Origin: an uncultured Trueperaceae bacterium
GTDB taxonomy: Bacteria; Deinococcota; Deinococci; Deinococcales; Trueperaceae
NCBI GenBank assembly: GCA_963727505.1
Contig: CAVSGP010000009.1
Location: forward strand, 672,001 to 736,000
Direction of reading: 5' to 3'
DNA length: 64,000 bases
The position numbers and the translations under genes are program-made. The notes below the pieces were generated by a model. The model was not told where the DNA came from. It made no database searches and saw nothing but the letters and a program-made list of their open reading frames with translations. Of the stretch, positions 33,587 to 45,500 are shown piece by piece; positions within the stretch are counted from its first letter, which is position 1; every line of letters begins with the position of its first letter.

Positions 33587-35443
<1,857 letters not shown>

Positions 35444-35452
35444 GCCGTTGCG

Positions 35453-36100
35453 GTGAACGACGAGGCACGTGGGGTACGCGCCGTGGCTAGGCCGCGCGCC
35501 CGCCTGCTGGCCGCGACGGCGGCCCTGGCGCTCCCGGTCGCCGTGTTCTGGGCGGTGGCGATGGCTGCCGCCCCCGGCGCCGCGAAGCAGCCTCCGCCAC
35601 TCACCGTTCCCCGCAAGCCCAGCATCGCCGCCGGCGAGCGCCTCTATCCCGAGACGTGCGCGGCCTGTCACCGGGACCGCACGGTCTTCGCCGACCGCTC
35701 GTGGCGGGTGGGCAAGACCCCGGCGGAGGTGACGCGCATGCTCCAGGGCGCGGCCCGAGGACACCCGGCGGCCCTGCCAGACCTCGCCCGGGCGTGGGAC
35801 GCCACGGCTTACGTGTGGACCCTGCCCGACGACGGGGCGAGCATCCGGCGTGGCGAGAGCCTGGCGCTGGAAGCCGATAAGGCGCTGCGCGCGGACGTGC
35901 TGAGCGTGGCCCTTCTGCACTGGAACGACCTGCAGGACCTCAAGAGCGCCTCCTGGGTCCTCAACCACACGGCGGACGAGGTCGAGACGCTGATGCGTCG
36001 CCTTGCGGGCTCCCGTTACACCGACCTCCAGCCGGAGGACCGGCGGGCGCTCATCGACTACGTGTTCGCGTCGTTTTTCACCTGGCCGTCGAACTGGTGA
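35453..36100 (+). CDS. Exported c-type cytochrome domain protein
   Basis: Signal-like N-terminus; GERLY..CAACH; apparent second, heme-less repeat. Confidence 0.7.
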   Translation: MNDEARGVRAVARPRARLLAATAALALPVAVFWAVAMAAAPGAAKQPPPLTVPRKPSIAAGERLYPETCAACHRDRTVFADRSWRVGKTPAEVTRMLQGAARGHPAALPDLARAWDATAYVWTLPDDGASIRRGESLALEADKALRADVLSVALLHWNDLQDLKSASWVLNHTADEVETLMRRLAGSRYTDLQPEDRRALIDYVFASFFTWPSNW

Positions 36101-36211
36101 CGCTGCGGTCCGCCGACACGCGGCCGATGCCGAGCATCACCTCGTTCACGGTGCATCTGCACCATCGACCGGCCGCTGCGCGCCCTATGATGTGGGCCAG
36201 GAGGAACGCTG

Positions 36212-36397
36212 ATGCAGGGCGTGGGGCTCATGGAGCGCCAACAACGGATCATCTCGCGTGTTGCTCACGTGGAGGACGCGGCCTTGCTCGAGAGGATCGA
36301 GCACATGCTGGAGGAGCACCTCGCCCACGCCAGACTCGTCCCACTCAACGAGGATGACGTCGACGCCATCCTGCAGACCCTCCTCGATTTCGATTGA
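36212..36397 (+). CDS. Small acidic hypothetical protein
   Basis: TATGAT -10 and AGGAGG SD upstream; good codon bias. Confidence 0.6.
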   Translation: MQGVGLMERQQRIISRVAHVEDAALLERIEHMLEEHLAHARLVPLNEDDVDAILQTLLDFD

Positions 36398-36428
36398 TCG
36401 GTCGCGTTCGCGCTGCTCGGCCCCGACC

Positions 36429-37232
36429 TCAGAGCATGCCGCGGCCGTGGAGCACGAGGTAGGCCACGATCGCCAGGGCTGCGTAGAGCGCCCAGCGCAG
36501 TGTGCGCGCGGACCGTCCCTTGGCTAGCGAACCCAGCCGGTCGCGAGCTTCGTCGGTGTCGCGCCGCTGCATCAAGCGTTGCGCCCGCCGAAGCGAGCGG
36601 ACGCTCTTGTTCAGGTCGCCCTTGCGCCGGTAGGCCACCGCCAGGTTGTGATGGGCGTTGGCGAAGTTGTCGTTGAGCCTCAGCGCTTGCTCGTACGCGC
36701 CGATGGCGTCGTCGATCCTGCCCTCTTCCAGCGCGATGTTCCCGAGATTGGTGAGGGCGCGGTAGTGCATCGGGTCGCGCTCGATGGCGTGCTCGAAGGC
36801 TGCGGCGGCGTCCTCGAGTCGGTCGTCGTAGATGAGGGCGGTCCCGCGCTGGGTCTCGGCCTCGGCCACGAACAGGTCCGTGCGCAAGCGCTCGAGCTCG
36901 GCCAGCGCCTCCTCCGGCCGGCGCCGATCGAGGGCTTCGCCGGAGCGTTTCAGGCACGCCAGGTCGGCTTCGAGCTCCGGCCACGGCACGATCGGCGGTC
37001 GCTCCTCGATCAGGGCGAAGCGCTTGAGCGCGCGTCCCCAGGCCTTGTCCTTGACCATCGCTTCGACGTCCGCCAGGCTCGAAAGGGCCGCGCGCACGTC
37101 GTAGGGGGTGTCGTTGGAAAGCGTCCCGGCGCGATACGCTGCTCCGAAGCGACCCTCGTCCAGTGCCTCGCGCCAGGTCTTGATCGGCTCCGCAGGCACG
37201 GTCTCGGCGCGGGCGGGATGGTCGCTCGTCAT
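36429..37232 (-). CDS. Tetratricopeptide repeat protein with C-terminal TM anchor
   Basis: ALTNLGNIALEEGRIDDAIGAYEQAL, AHHNLAVAY; hydrophobic C-terminus. Confidence 0.85.
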   Translation of the reverse strand: MTSDHPARAETVPAEPIKTWREALDEGRFGAAYRAGTLSNDTPYDVRAALSSLADVEAMVKDKAWGRALKRFALIEERPPIVPWPELEADLACLKRSGEALDRRRPEEALAELERLRTDLFVAEAETQRGTALIYDDRLEDAAAAFEHAIERDPMHYRALTNLGNIALEEGRIDDAIGAYEQALRLNDNFANAHHNLAVAYRRKGDLNKSVRSLRRAQRLMQRRDTDEARDRLGSLAKGRSARTLRWALYAALAIVAYLVLHGRGML

Positions 37233-38629
37233 CGCGCCGACGCTACCACGTCCCGGTAGAGCTCGGCGTAGCGACGTGCCGAGCGTTCCCAACTGAAATC
37301 GCGCTCCATCGCGCGCTGCATCATCTTGCGCCAGCGCTCGCCCCCGAACGCCTCGAAGGCCAGGCTGGTGGCCCACAACAACCCCTCGGCGTTGGCATGC
37401 TCGAAGAGGAAGCCGGTCCGTTGGTGCTCGATCGTGTCGTGGAGCCCGCCGGTATCGCGTGCGATGGGAAGGGTGCCGTAGCGCATCGAGATCAACTGGC
37501 TCAGCCCGCACGGCTCGAAGCGGCTGGGGATCGCCAGGGCGTCGCTGCCCGCGTAGACCAGGTGGGCGAGGCCCTCGTCGAAGCCCACCACGGCAGCCAC
37601 CCGGCCCGGGCGGTGCGCCGCGAGATCGCGCACGGCGCGCTCCAGGCCGGGATCGCCCGAGCCGAGCAGCGCCAACGACCAGCCCTGCAGCACCAACCGC
37701 TCACCGGCTGCGAGCAGCAGGTCGATGCCCTTCTGGTCGGCCAGGCGCGATACGACGCCCAGCACCGGCGCGTCGCCGGTGAGGCCCAGCCGCGCCATGA
37801 GCGCTCGCTTGGCAACCGATTTTCCGTTGGTGTCGGCCCCGGTGTAGGGCTGCGGAAGGTGCGGGTCGCGTGAGGGATCCCACGCGTCGGTGTCGAGGCC
37901 GTTCAGGATGCCCACCAGGCGGTCGCCGATATGGCGGAACGTGCCGTCGAGGCCATAGCCGTACTCCGGCCGCTGGATCTCGGCTGCGTAGGTGGGGCTC
38001 ACGGTGGTCACCCGTTCGGCGTTCCCGAGGCCCGCCTGCATGGCGTTGGCCGCCCCGAAGTGGTTCATGTAGTCGTCGGCCAGGGCGCCGGGCAGGCGGA
38101 GCCACCACAGGGTCTCCTCCAAGCCCGATTCCCCCTGGAACTGCACGTTGTGCACGGTGAACACCGACGGCAGCCCGTAGAACCCGTCCGGCAGATGCCA
38201 GCCGTAGGCGAGTAGCAGCGGGAGATAGGCGGTGTGCCAGTCGTTCGCGTGCACGACGTCGGGCCGGAATCCGAGGCGCGCGGCCACCTGGGGCACGGCG
38301 CGCGTGAGTCTGCAGAAGCGGCGCACGTCGTCGCTGTAGCCGTAGAGGTCCTCGCGCTGGAAGTCACGGTGGCCGACGAAGGCGTAGCGCACGCCCGCCG
38401 CCTCCAGCGTCCCAACCCCGACGGCCTCGAAGTCGCCCGCGAAGGGAGCTTCGACATCGCCGATCCACAGGGGTTGCGGGTCGGCCCGAAGCGAGCGGTA
38501 CCAGGGGGAGACGACCAGCACCTCGTGCCCGAGGGCCGCCAGCGCGCGCGGCAGTGCCGCGGCCACGTCCCCCAGCCCGCCCGTCTTGCTGTAGGGATGG
38601 ACTTCGCTGCTGGCGAACAGTACGCGCAT
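37229..38629 (-). CDS. glgA: Glycogen synthase
   Basis: KTGGLGDV, HANDWHT, TVHN, PSRFEPCGLSQL, TGGLHDT. Confidence 0.96.
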   Translation of the reverse strand: MRVLFASSEVHPYSKTGGLGDVAAALPRALAALGHEVLVVSPWYRSLRADPQPLWIGDVEAPFAGDFEAVGVGTLEAAGVRYAFVGHRDFQREDLYGYSDDVRRFCRLTRAVPQVAARLGFRPDVVHANDWHTAYLPLLLAYGWHLPDGFYGLPSVFTVHNVQFQGESGLEETLWWLRLPGALADDYMNHFGAANAMQAGLGNAERVTTVSPTYAAEIQRPEYGYGLDGTFRHIGDRLVGILNGLDTDAWDPSRDPHLPQPYTGADTNGKSVAKRALMARLGLTGDAPVLGVVSRLADQKGIDLLLAAGERLVLQGWSLALLGSGDPGLERAVRDLAAHRPGRVAAVVGFDEGLAHLVYAGSDALAIPSRFEPCGLSQLISMRYGTLPIARDTGGLHDTIEHQRTGFLFEHANAEGLLWATSLAFEAFGGERWRKMMQRAMERDFSWERSARRYAELYRDVVASAR

Positions 38630-38756
38630 GGCGCCTATCGTAGCGCACGCTCCGGGGCGCCTCCGAGCCGACGGAGCCGCTGTCCCGGTCCTTACGGTTC
38701 TAATGGCAGTGGCCGCATATACTCGGGGGACATGTGCAACCCCCCTTGGAGGCTTC

Positions 38757-40118
38757 ATGAAGCGTAGATGGCTGATCCTCGGCCTGGTGGGTCTGGCGTT
38801 GACCACCGCGGCCGTGAACGCACAGCTCTCCCGGGACTTCGCGGGCGAGTTCCTCAACAACTCTAGCGGGAGAGCTCTGGTCCAGGCGTTCGGTGCCCTC
38901 AAGACCGGCTACCTGAACGACGTGAACGACCAGTCGCTGATCCAGGGTGCCATCCACGGCATGGTGAATTCGCTCAACGACCCGTTCACCAGCTACATCG
39001 AGCCCAAGGCCGCCGCCTTCGACAGCCAGCAGATGACCGGTCAGTACGAAGGCATCGGCGCGGTGCTCACGCCTCACAACCGCCAGACGGGCAAGGGCGT
39101 CGAGATCCTCACGGTCTACAAGGGCGGTCCCGCCGACAAGGCGGGCCTGCTGCGCGGCGATATCTTCTTGAAGGTCGACGGGACCGACGTCAGCGACAAG
39201 ACCTCGAGCGACGTGGCCGATCTCGTGCGGGGCCCGAAGGGCACCAGCGTGCATCTCACCATGCGGCGTCCGGGGCAGGAGCAACCGGTGGAGGTCACCG
39301 TCCAGCGCGACACCATCAAGGTGATCGACGTGTCGTCCACCATGCTTCCCGATCACGTCGGCTACGTGGCGCTGAGCTCGTTCAACAACCAGAAGCTCAA
39401 CGACCAGCTCATCCAACAGCTCGACAAGCTCAAGCAGGAGGGCGCGACCTCGCTCATCCTCGATCTGCGAGACAACCCGGGCGGTCTGCTCACGGAGGCC
39501 ATCGACGTTTCCGACGACTTCCTCAGTCACGGGGACATCGTCTTCCAGCGGGCACGGGGTGTGACCCAGCGCCTTGCGTCGGCCGATCCGCAGCAGGTGT
39601 TCAGCGGGCCGATGGTGGTCCTGGTGAACCACAACTCGGCCTCCGCCTCGGAGATCGTCTCGGCGGCGCTCAAGGACAACGGCCGGGCCAAGGTGGTCGG
39701 CGAGCAGACCTTCGGGAAGGGTGTTGCTCAGTCGGTGGTGTCGTTGTCCGACGGCGGGCAGCTGCGCTACGTGTCCTTCGAGTGGCTCACGCCCGACCGC
39801 ACCAACATCCAGAAGAAGGGCATCACGCCGGATATCAAGGCGCAGGACACGCGCTACCCCAACACCATCTCGGTCGACGGTCGCGGGGCGGATGCGGGCC
39901 AGCAGATCCAGATCGTGGTGGACGGCAAGACGGTGGGTAGCACCACCGCCAACAAAGACGGTACCTTCCAGTTCGTCACCCTCGGCCCCAAGCCGCAGAT
40001 CAGCGACGTGCAGGGTCAGGCCATCGTCAACCTGAACAACGACCACGCGCTGAAGGTCGCGTACGACACAGTGCTGAAGGAGGCCACGACGGCATCGACC
40101 GCGACGACCGGACACTGA
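38757..40118 (+). CDS. ctpA: Carboxy-terminal processing protease (S41 family, PDZ domain)
   Basis: Signal peptide, GIGAV PDZ, LDLRDNPGGLL, SASASEI, TFGKG. Confidence 0.93.
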   Translation: MKRRWLILGLVGLALTTAAVNAQLSRDFAGEFLNNSSGRALVQAFGALKTGYLNDVNDQSLIQGAIHGMVNSLNDPFTSYIEPKAAAFDSQQMTGQYEGIGAVLTPHNRQTGKGVEILTVYKGGPADKAGLLRGDIFLKVDGTDVSDKTSSDVADLVRGPKGTSVHLTMRRPGQEQPVEVTVQRDTIKVIDVSSTMLPDHVGYVALSSFNNQKLNDQLIQQLDKLKQEGATSLILDLRDNPGGLLTEAIDVSDDFLSHGDIVFQRARGVTQRLASADPQQVFSGPMVVLVNHNSASASEIVSAALKDNGRAKVVGEQTFGKGVAQSVVSLSDGGQLRYVSFEWLTPDRTNIQKKGITPDIKAQDTRYPNTISVDGRGADAGQQIQIVVDGKTVGSTTANKDGTFQFVTLGPKPQISDVQGQAIVNLNNDHALKVAYDTVLKEATTASTATTGH

Positions 40119-40137
40119 CGGCGGGTACGGCCGAGCG

Positions 40138-40875
40138 ATGATCGACGTCCGGCGGCTGGTCAAGACCTACGGGCGAGTCCAGGCGGTCGCCGATGTCAGC
40201 TTCAACGTGCAGGCCGGTGAGGTGGTGGCCCTGCTCGGCCCGAACGGTGCCGGCAAGTCCACCACCATCAAGGCCGTCACCGGGTTGCTGCGCCCGACCG
40301 GCGGCGCGGTATCGGTCGACGGCCATGGGCTGGAGCGCGAACCGCTCGAAGCGAAGGCGCTCCTCGGCTACGTGCCGGACCGGCCCTACCTCTACCTGAA
40401 GCTGACGGGCCGGGAGCTGCTCAGGTTCCTGGCCCGCTTGCGGCGTGTCGACGATGGGGAGGTCAAGGCCGAAGCGTGGCTCCAGCACTTCGACCTCCAG
40501 CGCTCGGCCAACGAGCTCATCGAGACCTACTCCCACGGCATGCGGCAGAAGCTCACGTTCGCAGCGGCGCTGCTCCACGACCCGCCGGCCCTGGTGATCG
40601 ACGAGCCGATGGTGGGCCTCGACCCACGTGCCGCGCACGACGTGCGCCACCTCCTTCGCCAGCGCGCCGACGAGGGGGGTGCAGTGCTGCTTACGACACA
40701 CTCGATGGAGGTGGCGGAGGCGGTCGCCGATCGTGTGCTACTGATGCACCATGGCCGCATCGTCGCCTCGGGCAGCATGGAGGAGTTGCGCCGCAGGGTC
40801 GGCGTCGACGATGCCACCCTCGAGGCCATCTTCCTGCGACTCACGGAGGAGGCGGCACGCGGGGCGACGGTTTGA
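40138..40875 (+). CDS. ABC transporter ATP-binding protein
   Basis: GPNGAGKS, YSHGMRQK, IDEP, TH. Confidence 0.95.
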   Translation: MIDVRRLVKTYGRVQAVADVSFNVQAGEVVALLGPNGAGKSTTIKAVTGLLRPTGGAVSVDGHGLEREPLEAKALLGYVPDRPYLYLKLTGRELLRFLARLRRVDDGEVKAEAWLQHFDLQRSANELIETYSHGMRQKLTFAAALLHDPPALVIDEPMVGLDPRAAHDVRHLLRQRADEGGAVLLTTHSMEVAEAVADRVLLMHHGRIVASGSMEELRRRVGVDDATLEAIFLRLTEEAARGATV

Positions 40876-42521
40876 TCCTTCTCGCCATGCGGTTGCGGGG
40901 GGCGCTCAACGCGTTGCGCGGCACGCCCGTGCGAGCCCTGGTGGGCGTGGCCATGTTGAGCGGCATCTTCATGGGGGTGCTGGCGGCGACGCGGCACGGC
41001 GTGCGCTTCCTCGAGAGCTATCCGGGCATCGGAAGCATCGCGGGCGCGGTGGAGCAGCGCAGTCTCGAGGCGCTGTTCACGGTGTTGATGGTCGCAGTGG
41101 CGTTCAGTGTCCTGACGGGGGCCATCTCCACGCTGTTCGACTCGACCGACCTCCCCTTCCTGTTGAGTCTTCCGGTCGGTCCTGCGCGCGTCTTCGGTCT
41201 CAAAGTGGTGGAGACCTACGTCAACAGTGCCCTGCTGCCCGCGCTGTTCACGGTGCCGGTGCTGGTGGGCCTGGGAGTCGAGCAGGGCGCGCCGCCCGGG
41301 TACTACCTCATCGCCACGGCCGCGTTGCTGGCGTTGTACGCGTTGCCGGTGGCCGCCGGGGCCCTGGCGGCGCTGGTCCTGATGCGGCTCGCGCCTGCCG
41401 GGCGCGCCAAGGAGGTGGCCACCGCGGCGAGCGTCGCGTTGGCGGCGGCGCTGGTTCTCGGTATGCGCGCGCTCCGTCCCGAACGCCTGAGCAACCTCAC
41501 GCCGGAACAGTTCGACCAGGCCCTCGCTCGCTTCGCGCAGTGGCACGTGAGCTGGCTCCCATCGGCGTGGGGAAGCTCCGCGGTGTGGCGCGCCTTGCGC
41601 GGGGAGGTCTCGGTCGACGCCTTGCTCCTTGCGGTGGTTTCGGTCGCATTGCTGGCGGGCGTGGCACGGGTCGCGGCGCTGGCTTACCGCGCTGGGTGGT
41701 TCCGTTCGCTCGATGCCGCTTCGAAGCCGGGCGTGGTCGGGCCGCTTCCACCGGCACGCTGGGAGTCGCCGCTGGCGCGGTTGGGACCGGCAGGCGGCCT
41801 GATCGTGAAGGATCTGCGGCTGCTGGCGCGCGATCCTTCGCAGTGGTCGCAGCTGCTGGTGCTGGCGGCGCTGGCCGGGGTCTATTTCATCAGCACCGCG
41901 TCCCTGGCGACCCAGATGCAAACGTTCCGCGACCTGGTCGGCGCGTTGAACCTGATGTTCCTGGGCTTCCTGATGGCGGGCGTGGGCATCCGCACGGCGT
42001 TCCCGTTGGTGTCGCTGGAGGGGGAGGGGTTCTGGCTGCTGCGGACCGCTCCGCTTCGGGCCCGGCAGATGGTGTTCGCGAAGTTCTGGGGAGCGTTGCC
42101 CGTGATGGTGCTGCTCGGTGGCGGCCTGGGGGTGGCGGTGGCGGGCCGTCTGGGCGTGGCTCCGGTGCTCGCGCTCGCCAGTCCGATCGCCGGCGTGTGT
42201 GCCGGCGTGGCGGCGACCGGGCTGGGCGTGGGACTGGGAGCCGCGTTCCCGCGCTTCGATGCCACCAGTCCCGCCGAGGTACCGCTCTCCACCGGAGGCC
42301 TGCTGTACATGGCGTTCGCCCTGATCTATGCCGCTCTGGCCACACTGCTGTTCGCCTTCCCTGCCTACCGCACCTTGCGGGCTCCCGGCAGCTTCCATTG
42401 GAGTTCTGGCGAAGGGGTGGTGGTGCTCGCTGCGGTCGCGGTGCTGACGCTGTTGTGGACGGTGCTTCCCCTGCTGTTCGGGAGCGCGCGCCTGGCGCGC
42501 TACGAGTCCGGACGGGGCTGA
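40872..42521 (+). CDS. Putative ABC exporter permease
   Basis: Many TM segments, DLPFLLSLP, KDLRLLARD, SLEGEGFWLL; TTGA overlap with the ATPase. Confidence 0.85.
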   Translation: MILLAMRLRGALNALRGTPVRALVGVAMLSGIFMGVLAATRHGVRFLESYPGIGSIAGAVEQRSLEALFTVLMVAVAFSVLTGAISTLFDSTDLPFLLSLPVGPARVFGLKVVETYVNSALLPALFTVPVLVGLGVEQGAPPGYYLIATAALLALYALPVAAGALAALVLMRLAPAGRAKEVATAASVALAAALVLGMRALRPERLSNLTPEQFDQALARFAQWHVSWLPSAWGSSAVWRALRGEVSVDALLLAVVSVALLAGVARVAALAYRAGWFRSLDAASKPGVVGPLPPARWESPLARLGPAGGLIVKDLRLLARDPSQWSQLLVLAALAGVYFISTASLATQMQTFRDLVGALNLMFLGFLMAGVGIRTAFPLVSLEGEGFWLLRTAPLRARQMVFAKFWGALPVMVLLGGGLGVAVAGRLGVAPVLALASPIAGVCAGVAATGLGVGLGAAFPRFDATSPAEVPLSTGGLLYMAFALIYAALATLLFAFPAYRTLRAPGSFHWSSGEGVVVLAAVAVLTLLWTVLPLLFGSARLARYESGRG

Positions 42522-42585
42522 GTCCGGGCCCGTCGGAGCATCGGGGGGAGCGTCGCGTGCGCTCAGGCGGACCGCGAGGAAGGCT

Positions 42586-45500
42586 CTACCAGCGGAAGCT
42601 GACCCCGAAGCGTGCCTGCCGTCGAACGTTCGAGAGATCGACGCCGGCTTCCAGCCCGATGGCCGGCGTGAAGGCGTAGCGGAGCCCGACCCCGAGCTGG
42701 GGGATGGCGCTCGCGGGGGTCGAATTGTCCGGGAAGCTGAGCTGGCCCGAGAGGTCGAAGTTGAGGGGGCCCAGGTCGTAGGTGAGGGTCACCTCGTTGG
42801 TGAAGGCGTAGTTCTCGCCGCTGCCGGTGACGTTGCCGAGGCGGTAGCTGGCGAACAGCTCGGGTGTCAGGTAGCCGCCGACGCGGACCGAGACACCGAA
42901 CGGCTGCCCGGAGTTGTCGAGCAGGCTCGACAGCGGAGAGGTCCGGATCTCCACGACGTCGAGACCGAGTGCCTTGCTGAGAGCGTTCTGCAGCTCGTTC
43001 ACCACGAGCACGTTGACCGCGGTGTCGATCGCGCTCTGCGCCACCGCGGTGCCGATACCCGCCTGCCCGGCGAACTGCGGCTGCACCTCGAGCCGGCCCA
43101 GCGTGATGAGCGACAGCAGTTCCTGGTCGCTGAGCGGCCGCGGGGACGAGGTCGCCGTGTCGGTCCCGGTCTGGACCGTGGCGTCGCTGGTGAGCGTCGG
43201 GGAGATGTCGAACGTCACGGGGGAGGGACCCTGCTGGGTGGGCTGCACCTGGCCGGAGAACGCCAGCGTGACGGTGAAGCTGTTGCTGTCACGCGGGCTG
43301 GCGAAGCTCACGCCGCTGGTTCCAGAGAGCACCCGGCGCTTGTCGAAGGACGTGTGCGCCTGCACGTCGAGGCTGGGATAGACTCCGCGGTTCGGTTGGA
43401 AGGTGGCGACCGCCCGGTCGATGGTGAAGTCGCGTCCGCCGAAGTGCAGCGATCCACGCAGGGCGCTCGCGGTGCCGGAGAGTTCGGGGGACGCCGCGGT
43501 ACCGGTCAGCGTCAGGTCGAGCGCGGCTTCCATGCTGCCGAAGCTGGCGTCGAGCAGGACGCGTTGCGGTGCCCGCAGGTGGAGCTTATCGAACACCAGC
43601 GACCGCAACGCAGCCTGCGTGCCGGTCGTCGGGGAGCCCGCTCCGGCGTCCGTGGCGCCTGTGCCTGGCGTTCCTGTCGCTGCCGTCGGCGACGAGCCGG
43701 CGGAGGACGGGGACGATCCCGTGGCGAGGTCCATGCGGATCTCGCTTGCGTCCAGCTCACCTCCGAGCGCCAGACCCTTGGAGGTGGCCCTCATGCGGAC
43801 GTTGGCATTCACGGAGCTCGATGTCACGAACAGAGGTCGCGCCTCGAGATCGAGCCCCTGTCCCCGCAGCGTGACGTCGAACGGCGCGAGCGAGCCGCGG
43901 ATGGTGAAGGGGTTGCCGAGCTTCCCCGAGACGGCGAGTTGCGGCGCGCTGCCGGGAGGTTGCGTGATACCGCCGCTGAGGTCGGTGACGGTTCCGAAGA
44001 CCGGCACCTGTGCGCTGCCTGCGAAGCGGAAGTCGGTGTTTCGCAACGCCAGCGGCGCCAGCGTGAGCTGTGCGCTGCCGTGGACGTCGAGCGAACCGCC
44101 CAGCGGGGCGACACCCACGACACTGGCCACCGCCGTGAGCGCGCTGCCCTTGAGGGCAACGTCTGCGTGGCCGACGCGGTAGTGCGTTCCCGCCACCCGC
44201 ACCTCGAGCCCACTCGCCGTGAGGTTGACGTCGGGCTGGGTGGGGCTTCCCTGGGCTTCCAACGTGAAGCTCCCGTTCGCAGAGACGCCGTACCGAGCGA
44301 ACATGGGGACCAGGCCGAGGAGTGGACCGAAGTCCGCGTTGTCAGCGCTTAGCTTGAGATCGAGTTGGTTCGCGTCGACCGTGCCCTGTGCCTGCCAGGT
44401 TCCCCGTCCCTTGAAGGAGGCTTGCTCCAGGGTGAAGGCGTGGTCGTTGTAGGCGAAGGCGAGGTTGCCGGTCGTGACGACCCCGGCCCGCTCGAGGCGG
44501 ATCCTCTCGGTCGCCATGCGCACATAACTCGCGGCCGGGTCGGCGAAGGGGACGTCGAAGCGCACCAGCCCGTCCACCTCGGCGCGGATATCGGTCGCGC
44601 CGACGCTCGCCTCCGCCAGGACCTGAGCGGGGAAGCGACGCAGCGTGAGAACGCCCTTCAAGCGCGAGGCCTGCAGGGTGGCGGTGGCGAAACTGGTGCC
44701 GAGCTTCAGGTTGGCGCTCAGGTCGTTCAGCGGGCCGCTGAGCTGGATGTCCAGCGGTAGCGCGGTGCCGTCGACGGCGAAGTCTGGGCTGACCAGTTGC
44801 GCCACGGCGGTCTCGTTCCGAAGGCGGACGATACCGCTGACGGTTCCGGCGACGTGGGGGGCGAGCCGCGCAACGGTGGGCAGGCTGGCGAGCTGGAAGG
44901 TGTTCACCCTGGCCTGGAGTGTGCCGCCGGTCGGTGCGTTCGGCGCGAGCGCGCTGGGCAACCAGCCACCGAGACCCCAGCTACCGTCGGCATGGACGCC
45001 CCCGTGCGGCGCCTTCACGTCGGCATTGCCCGACACCTTTCCGCCTCCCACCTGGAGGTCGGCCGCCAGCGTCACCGCGGGTAGACCGGGGCGCGTCACC
45101 TGCACGCCGTTCACCGCGACGGTTCCCGACGGGCCCGCCGAGGGGTCGAACGACAGCGCGACGGAGGCCGAGCCGACTCCCACCCCACCCCCGGCATCGA
45201 GCGTGTGGAGATCGGCCTGCACGGTGCCGCTTCCGGCCGCCGTGGCGATATCGGCGTGGAGGGTTCCGAGCGCACCGTCCGAACGCACGGTGATCCTTCC
45301 GCCATCCGCGGTGAGCTGGTAGGGCATCTCGGCGCCCCCGACGTGGTCGACGGGGAAGTCGTCCGGCAACCTGAGCGCGCCCTGAAGGTGGCTGCCGTTC
45401 GGCGCCAGGGTCCCGCTGGCGGACAGGGTGGTGCCGCCGACGTCGAGCTCCACCTGCTGCAGCTCCGCCTGGGGAGCGGGCGCGAGTCGGAGCGTGAGCC

